Assembly (NCBI GenBank): GCA_050575255.1
Contig: JBNZDD010013714.1
Coordinates: 6,736,959 to 6,800,958 of the forward strand
From: Harriotta raleighana
Lineage: Eukaryota
DNA length: 64,000 bases
Direction of reading: 5' to 3'
In this document: one piece after another, positions 1-13,558 of the stretch
Layout: each line of letters begins with the position of its first letter
Numbering within the stretch: position 1 is the first letter of the stretch
Notes under the pieces: generated by a model
Seen by the model: the letters and a program-made list of their open reading frames with translations, nothing else
What the model was told of the DNA's origin: nothing
Database searches by the model: none
Made by a program: the position numbers and the translations under genes

Positions 1-252
1 TACTTTAGCGTCGGTCGTTGTAGAAGTTTGCTTTGCAATTGTGTGCTATGTTTATAGACCGTAATCGATATTTATTGCTGTATTGGTAATTATCCATACA
101 ATATTCTGTTAATATTTAGTCTTCTTATTAAGATGGTACGTTTTTTTAAAAAAGTAATTGTTTTTGTGTTGGGTTTTCTTCTGAATATCCGGCATGCCAT
201 TTAACTGGCATTGGCCAGATCCTGAAGGTGCCGGATAAACGGGCTTTTACTG
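1..252. mobile_element. End of Tc1/mariner (Tigger-like) MITE, family A
   Basis: Ends GCCGGATAAACGGGCTTTTACTG followed by TA. Same terminus and similar AT-rich interior as 29285-29729 and 31544-32176. Confidence 0.75.
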
Positions 253-514
253 TACTTTGCTGGATTTACTGTAAAGTGTAGTTTGGAGGCAAACTTAAGA
301 TCGTGCTTGCAGAAAATACAGAACAGCATGGAAATGATTCAAACACTAATTTGGGTATCGGTATTTGGAGTGGAGAAATCAGAATAGTTAAGCACTTCTC
401 AGCATGAGAAGATTGGCATTAGGAATATACATGTTTCTACAAATTGGCAATTTTATTTTACAGTTGGGCACAAATGATGGATCTTGTGTCACAAGTGGTA
501 GAATAAGGCTAGAG

Positions 515-718
515 CAGTGGTAGCCAAAAGTGGCCCACTAGGGTGTCAGGAAGTCTCCCGCTGAACAATCACACTAGTCTAGTTACATCTGTGTTAAATA
601 AATATTTTGTTTCCAGTAGCTACTAAATAATAATATTTATGGTGCAGCCATAAATTAAGAAATATTGAACCAAGAAACAATTATTTGATTAGTCGACCAA
701 AAAAGTTGGCCACCACTG
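515..718. mobile_element. Non-autonomous hAT (Charlie-like) MITE, 204 bp
   Basis: TIRs CAGTGGTAGCCAA / TTGGCCACCACTG. Perfect 8-bp TSD GGCTAGAG at 507-514 and 719-726, resembling the NTCTAGAN-type target of Charlie elements. Confidence 0.88.
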
Positions 719-2613
719 GGCTAGAGAATGGGAAGTAACTTTATAAACTTGTTGTGTATTGGGTGCAGTTTTGGATCTAACTGGAGATATTATGTTGAAA
801 AAATAGTTTGTTATTCCAAATTATTACCCCAACACATTTCCTTACAAGTCTTTAACGGTGTTTAAAACCATCTGCAAAGGATTATATGGAACTGGTTGCC
901 TTACTCAATTTTCCCTTCCTTCTTCAAGGTATCTACTTGACCCTTCCCTTTATCATTATGTGAAGAATTCAATCCTGTGTATTGAGCAGCACGGGAATAT
1001 TGAAAGTGTGATATGCAAGCCATGGTTACTCAATATTGAGTTGGAATGGTCAGCAAAAAATATATATATTTCAATTCAGTGTGCCTATGCAAATCAGACT
1101 TTTCACAGATAAATTATTTTTCATCTTGTTCTACTGATTCTTAGTGTTATTATCAGGACATATCATGATTCAGAACATTGACATTTCTTAATCATACAGT
1201 TTTGGTGCATTCATGTTCCAAAATTCCTGTAAGATGTGTGTCTTTCAGGGTATGATACAATTGCCTTTTATTAAAACAGTTTATTATAGGCACTCATCTG
1301 CAGACATATACTCTTAACATTTTCTTGCAATTGTGTTAGTAAGTTTCCAAATATTCTTGATGTAAGGTTGGAATTTTGTATGGTTACAATAAGCAAAATA
1401 CTGAAAGTAGCATTAAATAGAACAAGAATTGCAGAAAAAACTTACATACCAGAGGGAATTGGACAATTTTGTCACAAACTAGAAACTATTTTAACTAAAA
1501 TGTCTAAATATAATTTATGTTTAAATTCCAGCTCCCACCTTTAGGTTTGTTCTGTAGTAGCTGCAATGTCCAATTGCTAATCTTTAAGCAATGATGAAAA
1601 TGTATTTGTGCACCCAAGCACACGTGTTATCAGTGAAATGCTTTGGCTTTTCCTGTTAATCCTTTTGCAATACTGTACCATTTTCTCACTTTTTGTTTTT
1701 TTCCTTTTTTTTTTAATTACATAGCCCAGGTGGTAGACTGTGAACCGTAAAGGGGCTGTGGGAAATAATTCTCCTCAATACCACCACATATTCTTCATAT
1801 GTTTCTGAGATATTGCTGGACTGGCGCTCCCATGAGTAAAATGTAATCCTAAGGGAGTCTGGACCCTTCCCTCTTTGTGGACCAATAATTAGGAACTTCA
1901 AGTGCATTTATAAAAAGGGAGAGATTATGTTACAGCTGCTGAAATAAATCATTCACTGGTGTGAGAATACCCTGTTGCAAAATGCAAGTCGCATAAAACA
2001 TTTTGTGAACTCTGGTCCAGGGAAGAAAAGGTTTGCTGCTGTATAGCCAGAGCTGGATGCATATTAAATAGCGACACATATTCATGTTTCAGATGTCTGG
2101 AGGTCTGCAGGAAGAAAACTCTTTCAAACTGAGGTTGAATTTAGGATTGTTACAAACACTATGATTTGAAGGTTAAGACGACAAGGAATTTTTGACTTCT
2201 ATTTGGGTTAACTACGTGAAACTTTATTCGGTTGAACACGTTTCACGACAAATATTTTCTGAACAGGATAAATGTTATTTAATATTTTACATGATGTAAT
2301 TAATGTTTAAAAACTTTGTATTTTGTGTACTTCTGGAGTTTTCCATAATACACTAGTATTGATTAACGGAAGACCTGCTTATTCTGGTACTAGCAGCTCC
2401 TTTGCTTGAAATTGCCCCGGGTAGTAAGCAGGTTCCCTGTTTTTGTTTTGGCTACAGTGCACAGCAGGGTGTTTGGCAAATTTAATTCATGATACATAAA
2501 ATATCAGAAATATCATGAGAAAAGGAAAACTGAATGCTAAAAATCTGCAGTACTCACCCATCAAAAATGCTGGAAATGCACAACAGGTTTAGATAACTTC
2601 ATAAACTACTCCT

Positions 2614-2674
2614 GCATCTTGGGACATCCTCCCGACGTGAAAGGCACGTTATAAATGTAATTTTGTTGTTGTTA
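2614..2674 (+). mobile_element. L2-type 3' tail fragment
   Basis: TTGGGACATCCTCCCGACGTGAAAGGCAC...AAATGTAATTT(TGT)n, shared with the longer L2 copies. Confidence 0.7.
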
Positions 2675-4229
2675 TGCTCTTCCTCATGATAAAAGGGTAG
2701 AGTCAGTACTCTAATTGGTAGGCGGTCTTAGTTGTCCAGTTCCTGAGCACGTATCTCCACCGACACACCAAAAGGAGTTTGACAATTTGGTACGGTATTT
2801 CAAGACACTGCTGATGAGAGCTTAGCTCATCATTAGGACTTGTACAGACTAATCAATGGGGCAAGGACTCTTGCCAATCTGCAAACTGAAGCCTCATGGA
2901 CAGGGTGGCCTTAACTGGGAAAGCAGCAGGAACATTTACCAGCGGTGCTTTCAACGACAAACTAGGGTTTTAGCTGGTTAGAATACAACCGTACCCCGTT
3001 TCACATTCAGTTCCCCCAAGCCTTGGCTTTCACTAGCCTATGACTAGCACTGTCCAGAATTAGATAAGCATGATGTGTCCCTCCAGTGAGTGCACATTCT
3101 ACTCCAATACACGGGAATCTCCAAGTGTAGGTGAGATGTATGGAACTTTGGTTTGGGTACTCCTGGTTTGTGCGTGTATCAGACACACACGTGCCTCCAA
3201 AAAATGGTTTGGATGTGACTCATCAGACCTGGAACAATTGAGCTGCAGAAGCCCCTTTGGTAGGAAAAGTAATGAGGAGCACCCTAAGGATCGGATTGCA
3301 CTAGGGACCATTTATCATTTAAAATCAGCGGCATACACTCAAAGATTCTGCAATGAGGTGTTAATAGGTAATACAAAGGTAATCTCAATAGTTGGATATG
3401 TCGGCATTAATAAAACAAAAGTATTAAAAAGTTGCAGAATAAGTGTGAGAGCCCGTGAATCTATTAGTTGGGTTTTTTAAGTCCCACTTGAGGATTGCAT
3501 AGGAAAATAGGGGAGAGAGCTAAGGTTTGAATTTGTTAAAAGTCGATGTTTGGGCCAGGGGTCTGACTGGTGCCCAAGAGATGAGATACTGCTGTAAACT
3601 ATCAAGTTTAATCTTTTGTTTTCGTCAAATTTAATCTGTCTTATTTTAACGTTTTCACCAAGTACTTTGGATGATAGATAACAGTTATTTATCTTTGTGA
3701 AAGTAGCCTTGTCTCTTAATTACTACGTAATTGCTTCTTGAATGTTTATTTCTAAAATTTCTGTTCGATTCTGTTTATGACTTTATGCATTTCATGTGTA
3801 TTTTGTTGTTTCATCCACTCTAGCCACAACTACTTTCAGGAAAAAGGGAGCTAAACCAATCCGTATACATAGTGCCTTTTACTTTGGGAGAATTTCCCAA
3901 TTAGTTTGGAGTTCAAACTGGGGAAAAAAGTTGACCCAAAGTGCGGCTGAAAAGCTAGGTCTGGATGAGGGGTTCAATGGTATCTGTTGGGGCAGAAATA
4001 AATTCTATACTGTAGTTAAGGTGGTTTATTGATAATACAAGGTGACCCGACTGAATGGTATACTCTAGACCTATTTTGAAGTGAAGTCAATACCAGATAT
4101 AGAGTCTGATATTGACTAGCAGATGGTAGTGGTAGCAAGGAATGAGTTTTAGTATTGGATTTACACTGGAATTATTTCATACTTTGAAAGAAAATTGTAC
4201 CAGATAAGATCCTGAATTCAAACTGAACT

Positions 4230-5215
4230 GAACAACAAAAACAACAAAATTACATGTGTAAAGCATCTTCAGGTCGGGAGTACATCCCAAGGCACTGAAC
4301 AGTCAAGGACCCGAGCATGGTCGGGCAGGGTTGGGATAAGGGAGTGCAGAAAGGTACGAGAGCAGCTGAAGGCACAATTGAAAAGGAGTGTCTTGAATCG
4401 TTCCTTGAAGGAGGCAAGGGAGGATGCAAGGTTATGGGATTGTGTGGTTGAGTTCCAAATGCTGGGAGCAGAGAAGCTGAAAGGCTGGTGGCTGATGGTA
4501 GTTGGGTCGGTCGGGAGAATTGGAACAGCCCGACAGAGTCTGCAGAATGAAGGAAACAGACACATTGATAAGGGGGTTGCAGGTCAGAGAGGGAGAAGGG
4601 GCAAGACAATGGAAAGTCTTGAAAGTGAGCACAGAGTTTTTTAATTCTATCCTCTTAAGAGATGGGGAGCCAGTGGAGTCGGGCGAAGGTGGGGGTGATG
4701 GGGTGTCATGGAGTCTGGTGCCGGAGAAGACGCAAGCTCTGGATGATCTTCGGCTTGCGGAAGGATGAGTGGGGGAGGCCAACATGAAAGGAGTTTCCAT
4801 GGTCACCTTGAGGTGATGAATGTGTGTATGAAGGTTTTGTTGGACTGAGTGGGAGGCAGTAGCAGAGTCGAGAAATGTTGCAGAGGTGGGGGAGGGTAGA
4901 TTGGGTCATGGCATAGATATTGGGGAGAAAAGACATTTGAGGGTTGAACAAGATGCCCAGGTTCCGGACTGGCTTGGTGAGGTGGAGTGTGCATCCATGG
5001 ATGTTGATGCTGCCAGTGCCTGGGTTGTGCTAGGTTTGGAAATGTTGACAGAGACAAATTGGAGTTGGTATGAGAGATAAAACCATTGAAGGACAGAACC
5101 CTGAAAGTTGAGGTAAGAAAGGAGGCCGTGGAGGTGGATGGAGTCGTCCACGGTATCAAAGGCAGCAGAGAGGATGAGGAGGCAGAGGGAGCCCTGATCA
5201 TAGATGGACAGTTAG
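4230..5215 (-). mobile_element. L2-clade LINE, 5'-truncated and decayed
   Basis: Minus-strand translation has L2 ORF2 C-terminal motifs (FSFSAPSIWNS...LASFKERFKTLLF; KTFIHTFITSR), followed by the family 3' tail and (TTG)n-like end at about 4230-4250. Confidence 0.85.
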
Positions 5216-6147
5216 GAATGTGCATCATGTTGTGCTTCTGTTCATAGGTAAAGAAATAAGCACAGTTTAGATGAAACTGAAATGATATTGTCATTCTCTA
5301 TGTGAACAAAATAGAAATTGTAACTTCATCTGTTTTACTTAGAACAGCAATTTAAATTATCTGAAAGCAAAACCTGATACAATAATCGGCTGGGTAGATG
5401 TCTGTTCACAATGAATCTACAAACAGTTGAATGCTGATTGAAGCCTTTCACCCTTAAGGATTTAAAGAATTGCTGCATGAATTGGCAAACAGATGTTTCC
5501 AATCTAATTTCCGAATTATACACAAAGGAACATGTTCTTCAACATTAGTTTTCACTTGTGGTAGATTTTAATAGCAAAATGTAGGAAAACACTAGTATCT
5601 TTATATTTCAAAAAGAAAAAAAACAGATGCTTGTTTATTTAGAAAATGTGATGAAACAACTATATAATTATAATGTGCATCACTTCAATCAGAGCAGCTG
5701 TTTCCAGTCCCAGATTCATGTGCCTCATCAGAATGTTAGTGACTTTTCTTATGTGACTAAAATTAAACAGTAACTTTTATTCCATTAAGTGTTAATTTTT
5801 CATCTATTTATCAACTCAACAATATGCACACACTATCATGAAGTAATAGCATGACTAGAGTAGATGGGTTAATATTGCTTTTATAAATATTTTCTTTCTT
5901 TCTTGAAAATCAGTTCTGTTGAATAAAGAATTTACCAACAGTTCTAAACTTTCAATGATAAATCAAGCTTGGAACATTTTATGGTATGATTTTTCTTTTT
6001 CTTGTGCTTTTCTGATGTGTTTCATGAGCTCTGAATCTCACTGTTATCTCCAAATTCTTCCGCTCTGAGGTGTACAGGCATCTTAATGTATCAGATGTTT
6101 TATCTAGAAAACATTTAAGAATACATTTAAGTGCCTTACCATTTAAT

Positions 6148-6452
6148 GGAGTCCTGTGGCTCAGTGGTTAAAGCACTCACATTACAAGCATGAGACCTGT
6201 CTTCGAATCCAAGCAGGTCAGGGCCACCTTTTGGGCAAGTTTCCTTACTCCACATGTCTAATAATAATCCCTCAAAAAAAATTGGTCATTTCAATTTATG
6301 ACTGTTTGTGGGACACTGCAGTGTGCAATAGGCTGCCATGTTTTGCCCACAAATATACAGTCAATTTAATTTACAGTATATTCTGTGAAGCGCTTTGAGA
6401 TGTCTAGAAGATGTGAATAGTGCTATATCAAGTGGAAGAATTATTATTATTA
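6148..6452 (+). mobile_element. tRNA-head SINE with Deu-like body and (ATT)n tail
   Basis: A box TGGCTCAGTGG, B-box-like CTTCGAATCC, TTGGGCAAGTTTCCTTACTCC, then GTGCAATAGGCTGCC...CCCACAAATATACAGTC...GAAGCGCTTTGAGA; colinear with 30543-30864. Confidence 0.85.
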
Positions 6453-7789
6453 ATAAACCTTGCTTACAGAACACTAGAAAATCCAGTGAGCCTTTAGGAC
6501 TAGGAATGAGAGTCAGCATTCAACTCTTTGAGGCTGCCCTTGTGTTTCATCAATTCATGACAATCTTTAACATTTTAATCTAACTTTCCTTTTTTTTTCC
6601 ATGTTCTCAATATCTTTATTTTCTGAGTATATATCTATCTCCTATTCCAATCGCTCTATTGATTATCTTGAGCAGTGTATTCCTAATTTTCATACTTTAA
6701 TAACAAAACTGTTTTGTATTCACTTTTTAACACCATTATCTTGGTTTGGATTCCCCTGTCGGAGAGATGTTTCCTAGCAACTAGACAATTCTCTGTTATT
6801 TTAACTCACCAATCAAATGCTCTAAAACTTTGCAGCTCTGGTAATATAGTCTGTTCATCCAGCTTCTTATCTTAGGTAAGAAACTTCATGCCATATATCC
6901 TCCTGGGATGGGGATGGGGAGCCAGGGGGCTTCATTGGATTTAAAGATAGATATATCGAATGAAATGTGAAGGAAGTCCACTTCATTGGACTTCCAAGTC
7001 CAGTGTAACTTCTTAAAGTGGCTCATATCTATTTTATTCTAAACTTCCACTTTAGGGTCCATTTCAGACTGATCTTTAAAGTCACACATTTTGATTGATG
7101 GTAGAAGCCATTGTTAACATTTCTAACACAAAATTGTCTTCCTATCTTATAAATTATTAAAATTCAGGTTAGCAGATTTGTTTTCATTTCAATTGGGATC
7201 ATAATTTTTATCGCACTTATGTTTTCAACAAAGAAAGCCAAGCAATAGATGTTCCTTTTGTGTATGTAGAAAGGGAAATTATCTCATCCTTTAAACTTCT
7301 GCACTGAACTCTTCCCTAATCAAAAGTTGTTCACTTAGGATTGCTATAAGGCAAAGTTGTTTGAAAACATTTTTGGCAGACTTCAAGAATATGAAAAGCT
7401 CTAATTTCACCTCAGTACACTTTCATCTCTGCAGCCGTTCATTGAATTTGCCGATTACAAAGCAATGTTGACATTCATCGAGTGACCCATAATTCAGACT
7501 GTGCTCTCTTCCTGGTAATAATGGTTAATGTGGGAGAAATGGAGCAAAGAAAGATCAAAGATGCAATAAAATAGTTTCAGGTAGGAGTAAACCTTTGGTA
7601 CACATCCAATTTCCTCATGTTTCATTCAATATATCTATCTAACCTAACTTTGCTGAATAAAGTGTCTTAGTTCTTTTTTTTTAACCAGTTCCTCCAGTAG
7701 ATAAATTATCATTTGCAGATAATTTCAATGAAAGAAGACAGACCTTCTGTATAAAAAGACATATCATAATCCTTAAATATAGTACATAA

Positions 7790-8062
7790 TACTGTATTTG
7801 CAGGATATACTGTAAAGTGTAGTGACTGTGTATTTTGTAGGCAAACAAGCCAGTGAATGTCCCATAAAGTGAATGTCCAATTTTATTTAGGAAATTGTTC
7901 ACTTGGACACTGGGAGAAACTCTCTTCTCTTTTAAAAGATTTCCGTTGGATCTTCAACATGTATCTAGTCTAACACCTCATCCAAACAAGACTATATGAG
8001 TTCAAAATCTCGACATGGTTGTTTGAACCCACAACTTGCAAGCGCGAATGCTACCAACTGCA
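7790..8062 (-). mobile_element. Ancient DeuSINE-like (SacSINE1/AmnSINE1-type) remnant
   Basis: GGACACTGGGAGAAACTCTCTTCTCTTTT...GGATCTTCAACAT...CCTCATCCAAA resembles the reverse Deu domain. TTTGAACCCACAAC...TGCTACCAACTG resembles a reversed tRNA head. Recognised from memory of the consensus. Confidence 0.5.
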
Positions 8063-8075
8063 TTAAATCTCCCAA

Positions 8076-8332
8076 CCTGACTGTTCAGTCCCTTGGGACA
8101 TCCTCCCAACGTGAAAAGTGCTCCAAAAATGTAATTTTGTTGTTGTTAAATATACATTCTCAAGATGCAGTATACCTTTTTGACTATGCCATCAATCATC
8201 TTTCCACTACCCATTCCTTAGGCTCTCAAGCCCTCCCTAGCTAAGATGCCCAGCCACCATTGTCAAGCATTTTAAAAGTTCCTCTACGTGAAAGACGTTA
8301 TTGAACTGTAAAATCATATTTGTTGTAGTTGT
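8076..8332 (+). mobile_element. Two adjacent L2 3'-end fragments
   Basis: CTGACTGTTCAG..CCTTGGGACATCCTCCCAACGTGAAA...(TTG)n at 8076-8147 and a more diverged tail ending about 8332. Confidence 0.65.
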
Positions 8333-9714
8333 ATATGCCCTGAATTGGCCTGAGCCTGGGTTCTGCTGTCCAGAAGAAATAGACATCAAGGGCTATTCTG
8401 GAACTAGTGCAGTTGTTTTTTCTGTGGGTGTTGAAGCCTGTTCACTGGTACCTGACAATAGGTCAATAATTGTGGCTGCAATGACCTAAATTGATATATA
8501 TTTAAGTAATGATAGGATCAACTTTTATCTGGATGTATTTACACAATTGGACTTAGTAACAAAGAAATAAGAAATAATGGTGGAGCAGTAACCCTTTTGT
8601 GATTCAGTGCATCTTTTCTTTATGTCACAGAATTGCTTGATCTAAGCTCTAGCTGGGGAAGTGTCCATCTTTTAAATGTACGCTCGCCATCGGGTTAAAG
8701 CAAATACTGGTAGAGGCACTATTCCATTGCAACATACAATTTTACAGCAAATGTTTAATGTTAGCTTTGCAGGTTGCCGATTTCCCTCATGTAAATACAG
8801 AAGAAGCTTTCTAAAAGCCACATGATCTTTGGTACTGTGTTTGATCAAATCTATTTTAGAGGATTAACACTTCTTAATGACCTTAATCCCCCTTCAGAAG
8901 TGATTTTTTTTTACATTCTGCTGAATTCTTGAATTTTATTGGCAATAATGGGTTTCAATTCCAGGCTTGGTTTGCATTTCTAAATTAGCAGAATACTTGC
9001 ATCTGAAATAAGTTCCAGCAGCGACATTTACCAAAACTATTTAAAGAGCCAGCAACATGTGATTCTATCAGAGAGGTTTTAAAATAAAGGTTTGACTGTG
9101 CTGGTTTCAAAAATGGCTGTATTTTCTGTTCAAGTGGTTCTTTTGGGGCTTTGCTACATTTTTACATACAGTTGTCTGTGTAACAAATTGGAGTATACAG
9201 AAACTTGGCTGATAGTTAAAAGAATTAATGTATGTATTCCCACCAGTTGAAGTTATTTTACAGGTATGCCACTTTAACTTAGTCATACAGAAAGACAAAG
9301 CATGGGCAAAGTATCCTTTGCTCAAAGTATTTTCAGATATTTACAGAAGAATTCTAACATTTTTAAAAAAGTCTAGTTTCCTACTGGAATAGAGATCTTC
9401 GGTTGAACCTTTCTTTCTCCCTATTGGGTTACTCTGGTAATATCATTGGCAGGATATGTTCCTGTGCTTCCTGCAGCAGTCCATAGGAAACAGTGGTGCC
9501 GTGACTTCAGACAGGCCTGGGGGCCGAACCAGAGCTCTAGGAAACCAAACTACCAGCTGGGAAATCTACATTCTAAGTATATGGAACAGTTTCCTGGTTC
9601 CCCAGTTCCCTGCAGATTTGGATTGGTACTCAGACTAGTTTGAAATTGTGGGGCTACTGTTTCCTTTGGATTTGCTTTGGCAAGTGTCTTTAACAGCACA
9701 GGAGGCATTTGGAT

Positions 9715-10002
9715 ACATCTCCAACCTGCTTGTTCCGCACACCACCATCCACCGACTCCGCTCGGCTGACTTCAGCCTCCTGCTTGCCCTTCATCCCTTC
9801 CGCTCCACCGGTGGTGTCACTACACCTCTCCTTGCCCCTCCTTCACCATTTTAAAGTCATGCCTGAAGACCTTTTTCTTCAACTGTACTTTTGGTCACCT
9901 CCCCACTCCCACAGCTCAGCATCAGGCTCCACCACTGTTAAATACTCTGAGATGCTGTCCTATAATGAAGGGTGCTATGCAAATGTTGTTGTTTTTGTTG
10001 TT
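9715..10002 (+). mobile_element. L2 LINE 3' fragment
   Basis: YISNLLVPHTTIHRLRSADFSLL (L2 ORF2 C-terminus), CTGAAGACCTTTT motif, (GTT)n tail. Confidence 0.75.
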
Positions 10003-10325
10003 ACTTATTTCTAATCTCAAAATATTTGTGCAACAGTTACAAAATCAAAATTAACTTCAATAATCAAAAACGCAGTGTTCCAGGTGAATTTCTGTTTTTG
10101 TTTCATTTCAATAATGATTCCTAAATTCACGTCAGGAAACTGTTTATGGGGTCATTCTGGGAGGATTTTTATAAAAAATACAATGAATTTTAGTAATTTG
10201 CTCACACAACCATTTAGTTTTGAGAAAAAGCTGTGAGTGTTGAGCTTCAATGTTCTAAATAGGGATTGTCCTTATTCTTCAAATGCACTGGGAATTGAGT
10301 TTTTTTAATCTTCTTTTCTTTGCAG

Positions 10326-13300
10326 ATGGTGACGATGACCCACAAGTCTCATGGGTAGCCTCATCTCCCTCCAGCAAAGATGTTGCATCTCCCTCTCAGA
10401 TGTTAGGAGAGGGGTGTGACCTCAGCCTAGTGGATGAAGAAGGAGGAACAGGTTTGCCTTACCCTTGCCAGTTCTGTGATAAATCATTCAGCCGTTTGAG
10501 TTACCTTAAGCGACACGAGCAGATCCACAGTGACAAACTTCCCTTCAAGTGTACGTTTTGTAGTCGTCTGTTCAAGCACAAGCGAAGCCGTGACCGCCAC
10601 ATCAAGCTTCACACAGGAGACAAGAAGTATCATTGTCACGAGTGTGAAGCAGCTTTTTCGCGTAGTGATCACCTCAAAATCCACCTGAAAACTCATAGTT
10701 CCAGCAAGCCGTTCAAGTGCACCATTTGCAAGCGTGGCTTCTCGTCCACTAGTTCGTTGCAAAGTCATATGCAAGCTCACAAGAAAAACAAGGATCACGT
10801 TGCCAAGGTTGAGAAGGATTTGAAGAAAGAGGATTTTGTTTGTGATTACTGTGATGACACTTTCAATCAAGTTGAAAACTTGGAGAAACATATGGCCACA
10901 AATCACCCACAGATTTGTGAGAAAGCAGAATTGCAGTGCATCCATTGCCCTGAAGCATTTGCAGAAGAAAATGCATTGATTAATCACATAGATCTCGTTC
11001 ATGGGAATAAGAAGCATAAGTGTCCAATGTGTCCCGAGCAGTTTCCAACTGTGGAAGAAGTCTATTGTCATCTTGATACCCATAGACAACCAGATTCGAG
11101 TAACCACAGCATCAGTCCTGACCATGTTACAGGAAGTGCAGCATCCATGAGCAGCACTACTCCGGATTCCAGTGCTTCAGTTGAAAGAGGTTCAACACCT
11201 GACTCTACACTAAAGCCATCCAGAAGTCAGAGAAAGCCTTCTGGATCCTTGGAAAGAGAAGGAAGCCAGAATTCCTGGTCACCAAAAGTTACTTACAGTT
11301 GTCCATATTGTTCTAAGCGTGACTTTAGTAGTTTGGCTGTCCTAGAAATTCACTTAAAGACGATTCACTCAGATAAACCTCAGCAAAGCCACACATGCCA
11401 GTTCTGCCTTGATTCACTCCCCACTTTATATAACTTAAATGAACATGTCCGGAAACTACACAAAAATAATGTTTTTCCAGTAATGCAGTTTACTACAACT
11501 TCTACGTTTCACTGCAACTACTGCCCAGAGATGTTTGCAGATCTAAACAGTTTGCAAGAACATATCAGAGTTAGCCATTGTATTCCAAATACACTCACTC
11601 AAGATGGAAACCATGCTTTCTTCTGTTCTCATTGCTCAATGGGATTCCTTACAGAATCTTCACTTGCGGAACACATTCAGCAAGTTCATTGCAACGTGGG
11701 AAATACAAAGCTGGAGTCTCCTGTAATACAGGCTACACAGTCTTTCATGGAGGTTTATTCTTGCCCTTATTGCACCAACTCCCCAATTTTTGGCACTATC
11801 CTGAAGCTAACAAAGCACATCAAGGAAAACCATAAGAATATTCCACTTGCGAACAACGGTCGGAAATCCAAGTCAGAGCAAAGTCCCGTTTCGTCCGATG
11901 CAGAAGTCTCCTCTCCTAAAAGACAGAGACTGTCAGCAAGTGCAGCTGCACTATCAAATGGCGAGTACCCATGCAACCAATGTGATCTCAAGTTCTCCTC
12001 TTTTGAAAGTTTTCAAAGCCACCTGAAATCACATTTGGAAATTCTTTTAAGGAAGCAGTCCTGCCCTCAATGTAAAGAGGATTTTGATTCCCAAGAGACC
12101 CTTTTGCAACATCTCACCATACACTACATGACAACTTCTACCCATTATGTATGCGAGAGCTGTGATAAGCAATTTTCGTCAGTGGATGACCTACAGAAGC
12201 ATTTGCTAGATATGCATACTTTTGTGCTCTATCATTGCACATTGTGCCAAGAAGTCTTTGATTCCAAGGTCTCTATTCAAGTGCATTTGGCAGTGAAGCA
12301 CAGCAATGAAAAGAAAATGTATCGCTGTACAGCCTGTAACTGGGATTTCCGAAAAGAGGTGGATCTTCAGCTTCATGTGAAGCACAGCCATTTGGGTAAT
12401 CCGGCCAAAGGCCGCAAATGCATATTCTGCGGTGAGACCTTCAGTACGGAGGTGGAGTTGCAATGCCATATCACAACACACAGTAAAAAGTACAATTGTA
12501 AGTTCTGCAGCAAGGCGTTCCATGCTATTATATTGCTAGAAAAGCATTTGCGAGAAAAGCATTGTGTGTTTGACACCACCAGCCAAAATGGAACTGCAAA
12601 TGGCATTGCATCATCCAATAAAAGAGTGGAGACAGATCTGCAGAACATTCTGATGAAGAGCCAAGAGGCTCTGAACAGCCATGAAGCTAGTGAGGATGAC
12701 ATTGATGCCTTAGAGCCCATGTACGCCTGTGATATATGTGGTGCTGCGTACACTATGGAAGTTCTACTCCAGAATCATAGGTTAAGGGATCACAACATTC
12801 GCCCTGGAGAAGATGATAGTTCACGGAAAAAAGCAGACTTCATCAAAGGAACTCATAAATGCAACATCTGCGCAAGGACGTTTTTCTCCGAGAATGGACT
12901 TCGAGAGCATATGCAGACGCATCGTGGACCAGCCAAACATTATATGTGTCCTATCTGTGGTGAGAGGTTTCCTTCCCTTCTAACCCTGACTGAGCACAAG
13001 GTGACACACAGCAAAAGTTTAGATACAGGAACTTGCAGGATCTGCAAGATGCCACTGCAAAGTGAAGAAGAATTTATTGAACACTGCCAGATGCATCCAG
13101 ACCTGAGAAACTCCCTTACAGGGTTCCGTTGTGTGGTCTGCATGCAGACAGTCACTTCCACACTTGAGTTAAAAATTCATGGAACATTTCATATGCAGAA
13201 ATTAGCAGGAAATTCTTCATCCTCATCTCCAAATAATCAGACTCTTCAGAGACTCTACAAGTGTGCTTTATGCCTGAAGGAGTTCAGGAGCAAACAGGAC

Positions 13301-13558
13301 TTGGTGAAACTTGATGTCAATGGCCTGCCTTATGGCTTATGTGCAGGTTGCATGAACAGAAGTACGAATGGTCAGTCTTCCAATGTACCTCAGCAGGAAA
13401 GCAGTGAAAGAGCCAGTGCTAGCCTCCGATGTCCTGAGTGTGCAGTGAAGTTTGAAACTGTGGAAGATCTAGAGAATCATATCCAGATGGACCACAGGGA
13501 AATGACACCAGAGACAAGCAGCCAGAAAAAGTCATCGCAAGCATCACCAGCTCCCAGG
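10326..13558 (+). CDS. ZNF423: ZNF423 large internal coding exon (about 25-26 C2H2-type zinc-finger motifs; equivalent to mammalian exon 4)
   Basis: ORF 10283-13636 reads [26 protein letters not shown]...[15 protein letters not shown]...HSDKLPFKC...[16 protein letters not shown]...SPAPR, which I recognise as ZNF423 rather than ZNF521. Acceptor is a pyrimidine tract + TGCAG ending at 10325 (phase 1, G|AT). Donor is AGG|GTAAGC at 13559 (phase 0). The ORF's first 14 aa and last 25 aa are intronic read-through. Confidence 0.96.

Noticed and set aside
2811-2835. CTGATGA-GAGC-TTA-GCTC as a hammerhead ribozyme core
   Set aside because: Stem II is followed by ATCA instead of the required GAAA, and no stem III or cleavage triplet is evident.
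4250-5294. Cluster of 80-160 aa ORFs as a host gene
   Set aside because: Frameshifted L2 ORF2 remnants and their GC-rich shadow frames.
10484-13161. Antisense and alternative-frame ORFs (up to 213 aa) overlapping the big exon
   Set aside because: Shadow ORFs expected opposite a long coding exon; no recognisable domains.
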